From: an uncultured Planctomycetota bacterium
Lineage (GTDB): Bacteria > Planctomycetota > Planctomycetia > Isosphaerales > Isosphaeraceae
Direction of reading: 5' to 3'
Length of the DNA: 64,000 nt
Assembly (NCBI GenBank): GCA_963823665.1
Contig: CAWGMQ010000011.1
Span: 352,001-416,000 of the forward strand
Both the position numbers and the translations under genes were made by a program. This document shows, one piece after another, positions 21,476-39,711 of the stretch. Every line of letters starts with the position of its first letter. The stretch's first letter is position 1. The notes below the pieces were generated by a model. It saw only the letters and a list, made by a program, of their open reading frames with translations. It was not told the origin of the DNA and did no database searches.

Positions 21476-24370
21476 ATGAACGTCGAATTGATGATCGTGG
21501 CGGCGGCGGTTGGGCTTGTGCAGAGTGGCACAATCGCTTCGCCGGTCGACTATGCCCGCGAAATCAAGCCGATGCTGGCTGCCAGGTGCACGAGCTGCCA
21601 CGGGGCAGTTCGTCAGAACGCGGGTCTACGCCTGGATACGGCCGAGCTCGCCCGACGAGGCGGCAAAGGCGGGCCGGGCTTCGTGCCGGGTAAGAGCGGG
21701 GAGAGCCTGATCATTCTCCGCGTGACCGGTTCCGACGGCTTGGACCGCATGCCTCCCGAGAACGAGGGGGTTGGCCTGAGCGAACGTGAAATCGCCCTGC
21801 TCCGCTCGTGGATCGACCAGGGCGCGAAGGCGCCGCCGGAGCCGACGCCCGTCGACCCCCGCAAGCACTGGGCGTACCAGCCACCCGCTCGCGCGACGCC
21901 TCTCCGTCCGGCGGACGGAAACCGGGCCCAGAATCCGATCGATACCTTTCTCGCCGCCGGCTACCAGGCACGCGGGTTGCGGTCGAGCCCGCCTGCGCGC
22001 AAGGATCTCTGGCTCAGGCGCCTTTACCTCGATTTGATCGGATTGCCGCCGACCCAAGAAGCACTCCAGGCTTTTCTGGCTGATTGCTCGTCCGATGCGC
22101 AGACCAGGGTCGTCGACCGCCTTCTTGCCGACCCTCGCCACGGCCAGCGCTGGGGTCGGCACTGGATGGACGTCTGGCGGTACAGCGACTGGTACGGGCT
22201 CGGAGACGAGATTCGGTACAGCCATCCTCATATCTGGCGATGGCGTGATTGGATCGTCGCGGCCCTCAATGGCAATAAGGGTTACGACCGGATGATCGAG
22301 GAGATGCTGGCTGGCGACGAGCTCGCCCCCGACGACCCGGCCACGGTTGGTGCGACCGGCTACCTCGTGCGGAACTGGGACATCTTTAACCGGAACGCCT
22401 GGCTGGCAAGCACCGTCGAGCACACCGCGCGTGCCTTCCTCGGCGTGACGATCCAGTGCGCCCGCTGCCACGACCACAAGTATGACCCGATCTCGCAGGC
22501 GGACTACTACCGCTTCCGAGCTTTCTTCGAGCCGTACCACATTCGCATCGATCGTGTTCCGGGTGAGCCCGACCGCACCAAGGCCGGCCTTTCGCGAGCG
22601 TTTGACGACTTCCTCGACACCCCCACGCATCTCTTCGTCCGCGGCGATGAGGCCGCTCCCGACAAGACCCGGGCGCTCCGTCCCGCAACCCCGCAGGTCC
22701 TGGGCGGCGAGCTCAAGATCGTGCCTGTTCTGCTCTCAACCAGCGTCACCTGCCCCGACAAGCGCGATTTCGTCGTGCGTGAAGCGACCGACGCCGCAGA
22801 AAAGGCCGTAGCCCAGGCCCGCGCACTTGCCGCCGCAGCCCGAAGCCGCGCGGAGCTTGCGGCGCGGGCGGCCAACGCGGCCATCGCAGCCGATAAGATG
22901 GCAGATACGAAGTTGAATGCCGCTGCGGGCACACCCGAGGCGCTGAAAACCGCCCAGGCCGCGGCCGCCGGGCAGATCGAGGCGCTCGCGACCGCGCAGC
23001 GGGCGGCCCGGATCGCCCGGGAAGACCGGGAGGTCGCGGAGAAGGCCGTGGCTGCGGCCGAAGCCAAACAATCCGCTTTAAGAGCGGTCTTGTACGCCGA
23101 GTGGCTTGAAGACCGGGGAGCCCGGCGCAGCGGCTCCGAGGCCTGGACTGCCGCGGCCCGCACGGCGCTGGCCGCCCAGCGCCGACTCGCGCAGGTTGAA
23201 GCTTCCTTCAAGGGCCTCGCCGCCTCGAGAGACCTCGAGCGTGCCCGGCAGGGTCTCGACGGCCTGCTCGCCGCCGGCGCAGGGCAGAAAGGCGACCCGC
23301 TCAAGGACGCCCGGGCGAAGGCCGCGGCCGCGGTCGTCGAGGCGCGCGGCCGATTTGCCGCGGCGGACCGGGAATCTGCCCTGGCGCAGGCGGCCGCGAA
23401 GGCACCGCTCACCACCGAGTACACGCCGCGCCCGCTCGAATTCCCGCGCGCCAAGACGACCTATCGCGACACACCGAGCAACGCGCCTTACAAGAATGTG
23501 AGCACCGGCCGGCGGCTTGCGCTGGCTCGGTGGATCGTCGACCGCCGGAACCCCTTGACGGCCCGGGTTGCCGTGAATCACGTCTGGGCTCGCCATTTCG
23601 GCGAGCCGCTGGTCGATTCCATGTACGACTTCGGCCTCCGGTCGCCGCGGCCTCTCCATCACGCGCTCCTGGACTGGCTGGCAGTCGAATTCATGGAGAA
23701 CGGCTGGAGCTTCAAGCACCTGCACCGGCTCATCCTCACTTCGCAGGCGTACCGGATGCGCAGCTCCGATTCCGGCGCCGGCGATCCCAACGTCGCCCTT
23801 GACCCCGACAACCGGTACTTCTGGCGAATGAATGTTCAGCGGATGGAGGGCGAGGTCGTTCGCGACAGCGTGCTTTGCCTGGCCGGCCGCCTCGACACCC
23901 GGATCGGCGGGCCCGAGGCGCCGGTGGCCGCCGCCGAGGCAGGCACCCGCCGGACCATCTACTACCGCTATGCCAGCGGCGATAACGTTCCGCTACTCAG
24001 TATGTTCGACGCCGCGAACGTGACGGAATGCTACCGCCGGTACGAGACAATCGTGCCGCAGCAGGCGCTGGCGCTCTCGAACAGCGCGATGGTCTTGACC
24101 GGCGCGGGCGAGATCGCGGCGGCAACGACGCGCGAGGTCGGCGCGGGCGCCTCCGCGCGAGCTTCGTTCGTGGACTCAGCGTTCGTGCGCATTCTCGGTC
24201 GGAGCCCGAGCGCCGCCGAGCAAGCGGAAGCCTGCGCAGGTCTCGCGCGGCTGGCCGAGGCGTTTGAGTCGGAGCCGAAGCAAAACCACGGTCCGGCGCC
24301 GGAGGCCCGCGCTCGCGCAGCGCTCGTGCACGTACTCTTGAATCATAACGATTTTGTCACGATCCGATGA
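21476..24370 (+). CDS. PSD1 and planctomycete cytochrome c domain protein (PSCyt1/DUF1549/DUF1553)
   Basis: CTSCH heme motif, HWAYQP, RRLYLDLIGLPP, RHWMDVWRY, QCARCHDHKYDPI, NPLTARVAVN, PQQALAL. Confidence 0.95.
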   Translation: MNVELMIVAAAVGLVQSGTIASPVDYAREIKPMLAARCTSCHGAVRQNAGLRLDTAELARRGGKGGPGFVPGKSGESLIILRVTGSDGLDRMPPENEGVGLSEREIALLRSWIDQGAKAPPEPTPVDPRKHWAYQPPARATPLRPADGNRAQNPIDTFLAAGYQARGLRSSPPARKDLWLRRLYLDLIGLPPTQEALQAFLADCSSDAQTRVVDRLLADPRHGQRWGRHWMDVWRYSDWYGLGDEIRYSHPHIWRWRDWIVAALNGNKGYDRMIEEMLAGDELAPDDPATVGATGYLVRNWDIFNRNAWLASTVEHTARAFLGVTIQCARCHDHKYDPISQADYYRFRAFFEPYHIRIDRVPGEPDRTKAGLSRAFDDFLDTPTHLFVRGDEAAPDKTRALRPATPQVLGGELKIVPVLLSTSVTCPDKRDFVVREATDAAEKAVAQARALAAAARSRAELAARAANAAIAADKMADTKLNAAAGTPEALKTAQAAAAGQIEALATAQRAARIAREDREVAEKAVAAAEAKQSALRAVLYAEWLEDRGARRSGSEAWTAAARTALAAQRRLAQVEASFKGLAASRDLERARQGLDGLLAAGAGQKGDPLKDARAKAAAAVVEARGRFAAADRESALAQAAAKAPLTTEYTPRPLEFPRAKTTYRDTPSNAPYKNVSTGRRLALARWIVDRRNPLTARVAVNHVWARHFGEPLVDSMYDFGLRSPRPLHHALLDWLAVEFMENGWSFKHLHRLILTSQAYRMRSSDSGAGDPNVALDPDNRYFWRMNVQRMEGEVVRDSVLCLAGRLDTRIGGPEAPVAAAEAGTRRTIYYRYASGDNVPLLSMFDAANVTECYRRYETIVPQQALALSNSAMVLTGAGEIAAATTREVGAGASARASFVDSAFVRILGRSPSAAEQAEACAGLARLAEAFESEPKQNHGPAPEARARAALVHVLLNHNDFVTIR

Positions 24371-25864
24371 ATCGAGCCATTGCCATGAACGAGCACCAAA
24401 CCGACCGCGCCTGTTGCAAGCGCACGCGGCGGGTTTTCCTGGCCGATGCCGGAATGGGGTTCGTGGGCCTGGCGCTGGGCGCGATGCTCCACCGAGACGG
24501 CGCGGCTGCTGCGCAGAGCCAGGAGAGCTGGGTGCCGCCCAGCGGAAAGCCGCATTTCCCGCCGCGAGCGAATCGTGTGATCTGGCTGATGATGCGCGGC
24601 GGTGTGAGCCACCTCGAGAGCTTCGACCCCAAGCCGGAACTGACCAGGCACGCCGGCAAGACGATCAGTGATAGCCCCCACAACGCGGCAGTCTTCGGCT
24701 CGCCTTTTCTCAAGAACGTGCGCGAGCAAGTTGCGAACAACATCATCGACAAGACGAAGGCGACGATCTACCCCACCCAGATCGGCTTCAAGAGAGGGGG
24801 CCAAAGTGGGATCGAGGTGAGCGACTGGTGGCCGAACGTGCGAGGCTGCGTCGACGATATCGCGGTGATTCGCTCGATGTTCACGACCGACAACAATCAC
24901 GGTGCGCAGCTTGAGTTCTTCACCGGCCGCCATTTGCTCGACGGCTGCCATCCGACGATCGGTGCGTGGGTTCATTACGGGCTGGGCTCGCTCTGCGATG
25001 ACCTGCCGCAATTCATCTCGATGGGCCCGCCGCTGGAATACCAGTGCTCAGGAGCCACCGACGCCAATTATCTGGGCCCGGAAAACGCGGGCGTGACCCT
25101 CAAAGTCGACCCAGCCGATCCCCTGCCCTTCGCCCGGCCCGGTTTGCCGCTGGGACAGACAGAACCGGCGCTCAAGGCCGAGCTGCTCGGGCGGCTCAAC
25201 CGGCTCGCGGCACTCGAGTATCCATCGGACGAGAAGCTCCGCGCCCGGATCAAATCGTACGAGCTGGCCTTCCGCATGCAAACGGCCGTGCCCGAAGTTC
25301 TGAGGTTCGCGGAGGAAGACAGATCGACCTCGGCCCTCTACGGCCTCGACCAGGACGTTACCCGGCCTTTTGGCCAGCAGTTGCTGGCGGCCCGGCGGTT
25401 CGCGGAGCGCGGGGTGCGCTTCATTCAGGTGTTTCACGGCGAGGGCGCCGCCGGCGCGTGGGACGCTCACTCGGGCCTCCGCGCCAATCACTCGAGCCTC
25501 TGTGCCCAGGTCGACAAGCCGATTGCGGGCCTTCTGACCGACTTGAAGCGGCGGGGGATGCTTGACGACACGGTCGTCGTCTGGACCACGGAATTCGGCC
25601 GTACCCCCTGCGCAAGGCGCTGACGGCCGCGACCACCACAACTACGGCTTCTCAATCTGGATGGCCGGCGGCGGCGTGCGCGGGGGGATCGTTCACGGCG
25701 CGACCGACGAGATCGGCTTCCACGCCGTGGAGCACCGCCATTACGTCACCGACATTCACGCCACGATTCTTCACCTGCTGGGGCTCGACTCGCACCGCCT
25801 GGAAATCCCCGGCCGGAAGCGACTGGCGGTCGAGCATGGATCGCCGATCCCGGAAATCCTTTGA
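24367..25864 (+). CDS. DUF1501 domain protein; frameshift at ~25615
   Basis: Tat-like [30 protein letters not shown], continuing as [20 protein letters not shown]. Confidence 0.93.
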
Positions 25865-25964
25865 ATTGCACACCAGGCGACTGGCGCGATATGATGAACG
25901 ATGCTCCCTCGTCAAGAATCGGTCGATTGGCTCGGGACGCAAGGTTGGTGGAGCACCGCTCGTT

Positions 25965-26327
25965 ATGTCATCCTTCAGCACGCGAGCTGATTCGGACGTT
26001 CTGGTCGTCACGTTCGAGACCGCAGCCGGCCTCAACGATTTTCGGAACAACGCGCTGCGAGACTCGCTCTACGAGCTCGTCGGAGCCCAGCCGTCGCCAC
26101 GCTTCGCCGTCGATCTCGCCAAGGTCGACTACCTTTCGAGCTCCGGCGTCGCCATCCTGGTCGGCCTCAAGCGCCGCGTCGAAACCAAGGGTGGTCAGAT
26201 GGTCATCTACCACCTCCAGCCAATCGTCCACGACCTCCTCGCAATCATGAAACTCGACCAGTTCTTCACGATCACCGACGACGAGGCCAATGCGGTCGCA
26301 TCCTTGCGTCCCCTCCCCACGGCCTAA
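25965..26327 (+). CDS. STAS domain anti-sigma-factor antagonist
   Basis: VDLAKVDYLSSSGVAILV motif, ~120 aa. Confidence 0.9.
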   Translation: MSSFSTRADSDVLVVTFETAAGLNDFRNNALRDSLYELVGAQPSPRFAVDLAKVDYLSSSGVAILVGLKRRVETKGGQMVIYHLQPIVHDLLAIMKLDQFFTITDDEANAVASLRPLPTA

Positions 26328-26632
26328 TCGGTTCGTCCGCTTTCCTCGATACCCTGTGTTCCCTATCTTCACAGGTCTCATGAAGGCGCGCGGTGATGGG
26401 CGCCGATGGAGAGAGGCGTAAGTGCGTCGCTGCGGTCGCTGGTTGTCCGGGGGTCGAGGCGCGGGCCGTCGATCGCCTGACTTGGGGGTTTGTTCGGGCG
26501 CAGCGGAATCGCTTTATCTCCGAGCCGGATGATATCGAACAGGGAGGGCGGCTTTCGGAGCGTCGAGCGTCGTCGATCGCGATCGATCGGCGGCTGGACG
26601 CCTGTTGAGGGCTGCCGGGGAGGGAGTCTTCC

Positions 26633-28342
26633 ATGAGTTTGCCACGGAAGCGGTCCAGCCGTTCCGAGCGAAGTCGGATCAAGCGCCGGCTCTTGTGCAT
26701 GCCCGATACCCTGGAGAGCCGCTGGGTGCTCCAGGCTGGGATTCCGAATTACCAGTCCCCGTGGATACCCTCGGACCTGCTGGTCACCAATCCGATCACC
26801 AAGGAGCGGGAGATCTTCGAGGCGTCCGAGCAGGTCAACCCTAATAACTTCAACAGCGAGGGGTTTACCAACCAAGGCAAGGTTGTCTCGGGCACCGACC
26901 GGGCGGGCGACAAGTGGGTGATCACGGTGCACGGGCCGGGCTACGTGATTGTCACCGACACCACGCCGAATGACGGCGTACTCGACGATGACATCAACAC
27001 GATCCAGCTCGTCAATACGAGCCCGAAGAAGACTTACGTTACCGGCAACGTGATCCCGTCGAATACCGTGCAGACCAATGGCGACGTCCTGTTCAATCAG
27101 CTCACGGCGGTCTCGGGCGTCAAGTCGATCGAGCTGAACGGCTTTGACCTCTCGGGTGCGGTGACCCCGCCCGTCAGCACGCCGTATGGCGTCTTCCTGT
27201 ACGGCGGAGTGGGTACTCTCTCGTTCAACAGCATCGATGCGCAGATCGACACCTCCGTGAACACCGCGCCGTACCAGGTAGTGATTGGCACGGCGAACAC
27301 GCCGCTCAAGCAGATGCCGTCGATCTACATCAACAACATCACCAACCTGGTCTTCGACAGCGAGTCGACGACCATTCCAGAGACGCCGGTCACCACGCCC
27401 ACTGTGGATTTCACGATCAACGGTGTCGTCCGCAACTTCGATATCGTCTCGACCACGCAGGGGTCGGTACCGGCAGGGTTCCAGTTCGAGTTCCCGCAAG
27501 TGGGCACGACAGGTCGCACAGCGCTCCAGGCGACGGCCGTGAAGACCTTGACCGTGCATGGCTCCGCCAAGAACTTCACGGTATCACGCGCACCGGTGCC
27601 GTTCTCGTCGGAATCCAGCGGTGTCGGTTACTTGAAGAAGGCCTATTTCGGCGGCAACGCCGACGCGGTGGGGCTGGACGTCAAGGGCAAGATCGGCAAG
27701 CTCACCTTCAAGAAGGGACTGGGCAACCCCGCCGGCGTCTTTACGGCGGTGTCTTCATCATCTGGTCTGAACCTGCCATCGACGCTGTACGGAACGCCTC
27801 CGGGTTCGACCGGGTATCCCGCGGCCGGCCTCTCGGGCGGCACGGTCCGGGCCAGCAGCATCGGCAAGCTCACGGTCGGGGCGTCGAACGTGTTCGTCGA
27901 GACCGCAACGAATCCGGATTTCGTGCAGCTCGGCATTCAAGGGTATCCGACATATGCGGTCTTGCCGGGCTACAACCTGACGAACGCGACCATCTTCACA
28001 TCGGGCTCGATCGGCACCGTGAACGTGCAGGGCACGCAGCTTAACAGCGAGGTGAAGACCGGCTTCGACTACACGGCGTATGTTCAGGGCCTCGAGGGAA
28101 CGCGCAGCGCCAGCAACATCAAGCTTTACCACCAGCGTGGCGACCTGGTCAACAGCGATGTCTCGGCGAGCGTCCGCCCCGCCAACAATCATTACAACAA
28201 GGCAACCAACACGAACGGTCCGGGCTCGATCACGACCAAGCGCGCCGGCCGCAATTACGACACCGGCGGCGTGACCGGCCTGGGCAACACCGGCGCCGGC
28301 ATCTTCGCCCGCACCATCAAACGGCTGCGGGTCAAGGGCTGA
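26633..28342 (+). CDS. Extracellular beta-rich hypothetical protein with Planctomycete LExR-type leader
   Basis: Basic N-terminus then DTLESRWVL; T/S/G/N/V-rich; 569 aa. Confidence 0.8.
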   Translation: MSLPRKRSSRSERSRIKRRLLCMPDTLESRWVLQAGIPNYQSPWIPSDLLVTNPITKEREIFEASEQVNPNNFNSEGFTNQGKVVSGTDRAGDKWVITVHGPGYVIVTDTTPNDGVLDDDINTIQLVNTSPKKTYVTGNVIPSNTVQTNGDVLFNQLTAVSGVKSIELNGFDLSGAVTPPVSTPYGVFLYGGVGTLSFNSIDAQIDTSVNTAPYQVVIGTANTPLKQMPSIYINNITNLVFDSESTTIPETPVTTPTVDFTINGVVRNFDIVSTTQGSVPAGFQFEFPQVGTTGRTALQATAVKTLTVHGSAKNFTVSRAPVPFSSESSGVGYLKKAYFGGNADAVGLDVKGKIGKLTFKKGLGNPAGVFTAVSSSSGLNLPSTLYGTPPGSTGYPAAGLSGGTVRASSIGKLTVGASNVFVETATNPDFVQLGIQGYPTYAVLPGYNLTNATIFTSGSIGTVNVQGTQLNSEVKTGFDYTAYVQGLEGTRSASNIKLYHQRGDLVNSDVSASVRPANNHYNKATNTNGPGSITTKRAGRNYDTGGVTGLGNTGAGIFARTIKRLRVKG

Positions 28343-28430
28343 GAGCGCGACCGGACGAGCCCTACCGTTGCCACTTCCGCCTGCTTCTCTTCAGGCAGAC
28401 AGACCGTCGGTCGGTCGTTCAATCCGAGCG

Positions 28431-28838
28431 TCAAGTTCGCGGAGCGTGCTCGTAGAGCGCCAACCTTCGGCGGATATCCCGAAGGGTCATGGCAAAGCCC
28501 AAGAGGGTAAGGAGCGAACCGGCTAAACTCAGGGTTGTCTGTATTGCTACGTAAGTGTTGTTACCGTAGAACGGCGAGGGTAATAGCACGAACACCATAA
28601 GCTGGGCGGCCCACCAGAGCAGTGGCCAGGACTGACCGGCGATCCAGACCCAAATCCATCCCGAGAGGCGACGATTGTAGAATAGCACGCCCAGTCCAGC
28701 ACAGCTCAAGCCAATTCCAATCAAAGCGATGAACGTGAAGTTGCCACGGATGATGAAAATCGCATTCGCCGTGAGGAGAGCCGAGAGCGCAATCAAGCCC
28801 ATCAGTTGGCCGATCGAGAAACGTAATCGATAAGGCAT
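28431..28838 (-). CDS. Small membrane protein with RFSI..LM N-terminal motif
   Basis: MPYRLRFSIGQLMGLIALSALL followed by about four hydrophobic segments in total. Confidence 0.7.
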   Translation of the reverse strand: MPYRLRFSIGQLMGLIALSALLTANAIFIIRGNFTFIALIGIGLSCAGLGVLFYNRRLSGWIWVWIAGQSWPLLWWAAQLMVFVLLPSPFYGNNTYVAIQTTLSLAGSLLTLLGFAMTLRDIRRRLALYEHAPRT

Positions 28839-29347
28839 TCGAAGCGTTCTCCCTTCTTGTGAGTTCGAGAAGACCGCACCGATAGATGCTACCACGAAGT
28901 TGTAGCGGTTCAGTTGCTCCGAAATCACGTCAGCCGACTTGACGCTGCTGGGCACGAACCGCCTGTCCGCGGCTCGCGTCGGTACGGAACCGTACCGGCG
29001 CGATTTTTCTCAGCTACCGACGCCTCGGCGCCGACTTGCCGTAAAGAGCGCATCGCGTATTGATTTCCTCGAAGATCCCAGGAAAAAGGGATTGCTTCAG
29101 GCACGCGTGTAGGGGATGCTAAGCGTGGGGTATTCGCCTTGCTTGAGATCACGGGGCGAACGCTGCTTGAGAATCGCTGATCAGTAGAAATCATCGCCGT
29201 GTACATGAGGGAAGTCTCAGCGAAGCGACTCTCTTCCGATCCGCTGCCCGTTGCCCCAAAATTCAAGCACGTCCCTGAAAATGCAGAGGCCCGCAGTTCG
29301 CGATTCGATTGGAGGGTGCCGGTATCCGATCCCGGTCGTCTTCACGA

Positions 29348-29387
29348 AGTTAACCTTTGATGAACATAGTTAACCTTCGATGAACAT
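29348..29387 (+). repeat. 20-bp tandem direct repeat upstream of the kinase
   Basis: agttaacctttgatgaacat / agttaaccttcgatgaacat, one mismatch. Confidence 0.85.
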
Positions 29388-29395
29388 CCTGAATC

Positions 29396-36544
<7,149 letters not shown>

Positions 36545-36581
36545 TGAAGATGGAGCTCCGAGTGAGAGAACCGGAAGGTCA

Positions 36582-38363
36582 ATGAGCACAAATCGAATAA
36601 CGGCGCTGACGGACATCGGCGCGGTCGACCCGCAGCGGGAGGCCGGTACCCTGAGCGCCACGCCGCCTTCGGCGGCTTCAAGCGACGAACGCATCAACAT
36701 CCTGCTCGTGGACGATGAGCCCAAGAATTTGACCGTGCTCGAGACCGTCCTGGCTGACCCAGCCTACCGCCTGGTCTGCGCGGAATCCGCCGAAGCCGCG
36801 CTGCTCGCGCTTGTTGCGGAGGAGTTCGCGCTCCTGGTGCTCGACATCCAGATGCCGGGCATGAGCGGTTTCGAGCTCGCGCAAATGATCAAACAGCGGA
36901 AGAAGACTGCCGGTGTCCCCATCATCTTCCTCACCGCCTACTACAGCGAAGACCAGCATGTGCTCGAAGGCTACAGCACCGGGGCGGTGGATTACCTGCA
37001 CAAACCAATCAACCCGACAATCCTTCGATCCAAAGTCGCGGTGTTCGCTGAACTGTACCGCAAGAGCCGCGAGTGCACGAGAGCCGGTCACTCGTTGCTG
37101 AACGAAGTAGCCGCGCGCAGGCGCGCCGAAGAGCAACTGCGGCAGATGAACGACGAACTGGAACATCGCGTGGCCGAACGCACGGAAACACTGCGCCAGC
37201 GGGAGCGTGAGTTGCTGACTGCCGAGGAAGCCCTGAAAAGCGCGGACCGGCGGAAGGACCAGTTTCTGGCCACACTTTCGCACGAGCTCAGGAACCCCCT
37301 CGCTCCTCTTCGGAACGGTCTCGAACTGCTCAAGATAACACAGGACCTGGCGACTGAAGTCGACATCCGACAAATGATGGACCGACAGCTTTCCCACATG
37401 GTTCGGCTGATCGACGACCTGCTGGACCTGTCCCGCATCACGAGCGATAAGCTAAGCCTCCGGAAGGAATGGGTGTCGCTGCACACAGTGGTCGAAACTG
37501 CGGTCGAGGCAAGCCGACCAATCATCGAGGCGTCTGAGCACGCCCTGAAGCTTTCACTGCCAGTTGAACCGGTTTGGCTCAGGGCGGACGCGACTCGTGT
37601 TGCCCAGGTGATTACCAACCTCCTTACCAATGCTGCCAAGTACACACCCAATGGGGGCTCAATCGAGCTGGCGGCCGTGGACGGGACTTCGGAAGTCATG
37701 ATTCGCGTTACGGACACGGGACTTGGCATTCCACCTCACTTGTTGGACGACGTGTTCCAGATGTTTAACCAGGTGAACCGCAGTCTTGACCGGTCTCAGG
37801 GGGGGCTCGGCATCGGCCTCGCCCTGGCCAAACGACTTGTCGAACTTCATGCCGGGACGGTCACCGCAGAGAGCCCCGGCCTTGGTCATGGAAGCAGCTT
37901 CACCGTGCGTCTGCCACTCGAGAAGGAATTCGGAGCGGGGACGCGACAAGGAACGAATCACAACGCCACCAGGTCGAAGCTCCCCGCGTCGGGCCGTCGC
38001 GTGCTCGTGGTCGATGACAACGTCGACGCAGCCGTGAGCCTGGCGAAGTTCCTTCAATTAAAAGGACATGAGACGCGGACCGCTCATACCGGCCCGGAGG
38101 CACTTGCGGCGGCTCACGCATTCAAGCCTGGCTTCGTGTTTCTCGACATCGGACTTCCCGGAATGGACGGGTACGAGGTCGCCAGGCGGTTGCGGACGGA
38201 GGCCGCGCTGTGCGGGGCCGTGCTCGTTGCCCTCACCGGTTGGGGAAGCGACGAAGACAAGCGACAGTCGAAGGAAGCCGGCTTTGATTTCCACCTGACA
38301 AAGCCTGTCGATCTTACGGCCGTTGAGAATGTCCTCGCATGCCTGGCGAAGGGTGCGGAGTAG
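36582..38363 (+). CDS. Hybrid response regulator / histidine kinase (REC-HisKA-HATPase-REC)
   Basis: ILLVDD..LDIQMPGMSG; LSHELRNPL; NLLTNAAKYT; GGLGIGL; C-terminal VLVVDD..DIGLP. Confidence 0.93.
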   Translation: MSTNRITALTDIGAVDPQREAGTLSATPPSAASSDERINILLVDDEPKNLTVLETVLADPAYRLVCAESAEAALLALVAEEFALLVLDIQMPGMSGFELAQMIKQRKKTAGVPIIFLTAYYSEDQHVLEGYSTGAVDYLHKPINPTILRSKVAVFAELYRKSRECTRAGHSLLNEVAARRRAEEQLRQMNDELEHRVAERTETLRQRERELLTAEEALKSADRRKDQFLATLSHELRNPLAPLRNGLELLKITQDLATEVDIRQMMDRQLSHMVRLIDDLLDLSRITSDKLSLRKEWVSLHTVVETAVEASRPIIEASEHALKLSLPVEPVWLRADATRVAQVITNLLTNAAKYTPNGGSIELAAVDGTSEVMIRVTDTGLGIPPHLLDDVFQMFNQVNRSLDRSQGGLGIGLALAKRLVELHAGTVTAESPGLGHGSSFTVRLPLEKEFGAGTRQGTNHNATRSKLPASGRRVLVVDDNVDAAVSLAKFLQLKGHETRTAHTGPEALAAAHAFKPGFVFLDIGLPGMDGYEVARRLRTEAALCGAVLVALTGWGSDEDKRQSKEAGFDFHLTKPVDLTAVENVLACLAKGAE

Positions 38364-38556
38364 CTCTGCTCCGAAGATCCCTCGACCGAGTCATTCCCAG
38401 GGCTCCAGGGTGATGCTTTCGGAAATTGGTCGCAAGGATGTCGAACTTGCCGATGGAGACCTCGCCTTGTGGTCGTTTCTCTGCCATCACGGTTCTTCCA
38501 AAAGTCGGCGCACGCGGGTTGCTTCTCGAGCAGGTCGGCCGGTGTCCCGTCCAAAT

Positions 38557-39342
38557 CTAAGAGCTGCGCGATACTTCGACGCTTTGCTCGACCATTTTGC
38601 TTCGACACCACAGCGTCGACATCGCGACGTCGGCCGCGTCGCGTCCGTGTGCGATGGGGATCAATGCCGGTCGCTCATCAGCGAGCGTGGCATCCAAGTT
38701 GTGCCAGGCACCACCCAAGTAAACCTGTGCGTATCCATGGAAGTCGGGTGCCTCAAGGCCTAATGCATACCCCGAAACATAGCGCGCGGGGATATCCAAC
38801 CCGCGGCAGAACGCGATCACCAGATGCGCGAAGTCGCGGCATACCCCGATGCGCTCCGTCGCCGTGTCGTACGCTGAGGTCATCGCGTCAGTCGTCCCGT
38901 AGCGGTATTCGACATGTTGGCGCACCCACGCAGCAATCGCTCGAACGCGGTCCGCACCGGGCGTCAGTCCACCGAACTCGTCGATCGCCATTCGTGCAAG
39001 TAAGTCGGATTGGCAGTACCGGGAAGGCAACGTATAGATCGCCGCATCAGCCGGCAACTCCTGCGGCGAGTGCTCGACGGCGACTGGCGGCACTCCGGTA
39101 TTGGGCTCGACATCAACTTGTGCATTGAACTCGAAACTAAATCGCCCTTGCGGCAGTGCCAGCAACCGAACGGTATTGCCATAGAAGTCCTGCCGACACT
39201 CGGATGCTACCATCGGGGTAGTCACGACGCTCGAGCGGGTGACACGATGGGCGGCGCCCTGCATCGCTGGTTCAACCATCAGCCACAAGTAAGAAGCGGA
39301 CTCGAGCTCATATGTGGTCGTGGCGCGAACACAGAGAACCAT
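38557..39342 (-). CDS. Transglutaminase-like family protein
   Basis: PSRYCQSD, GVCRDFAH, IPARYVSGY, DFHGY, GRDAADV. Confidence 0.92.
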   Translation of the reverse strand: MVLCVRATTTYELESASYLWLMVEPAMQGAAHRVTRSSVVTTPMVASECRQDFYGNTVRLLALPQGRFSFEFNAQVDVEPNTGVPPVAVEHSPQELPADAAIYTLPSRYCQSDLLARMAIDEFGGLTPGADRVRAIAAWVRQHVEYRYGTTDAMTSAYDTATERIGVCRDFAHLVIAFCRGLDIPARYVSGYALGLEAPDFHGYAQVYLGGAWHNLDATLADERPALIPIAHGRDAADVAMSTLWCRSKMVEQSVEVSRSS

Positions 39343-39711
39343 TCAAGCGGCTCCGAGATGAATCGTCGTTTTCGACTCCGTCCAACGTCTTGGCACGAGC
39401 ATGCCGGCCCGAGCTCGCGGCATAGTGTAGCCGCCGGTTGTGCCACGGTATACGCGGAAGCCCCGTCGATGGAGGCACTGTCGGACCGGCGACGATTCTT
39501 CATCCACTGCGCCGAGTCGGACGCCGGTCGTCAGCCCGCTGGTCCACCAGCAAACGCGGGGCCTCCTGATCCGATGAGGATCTCTGGCTCAGCTTGCCCG
39601 GGACCGGGGGATTGTTTCCGACTTCAAGGAACGGTCCAATGGCCTGAGTCGGCCCCCGCGCGATCACCTCGAGCCGCGCGCCTCACAGGGCCTGATTCCG
39701 AGGAACCTACC

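Noticed and set aside
39010..39711. N-terminal extension of the Gfo/Idh/MocA ORF
   Set aside because: It overlaps the transglutaminase gene; RBS and Tat motif indicate a start at 39712.
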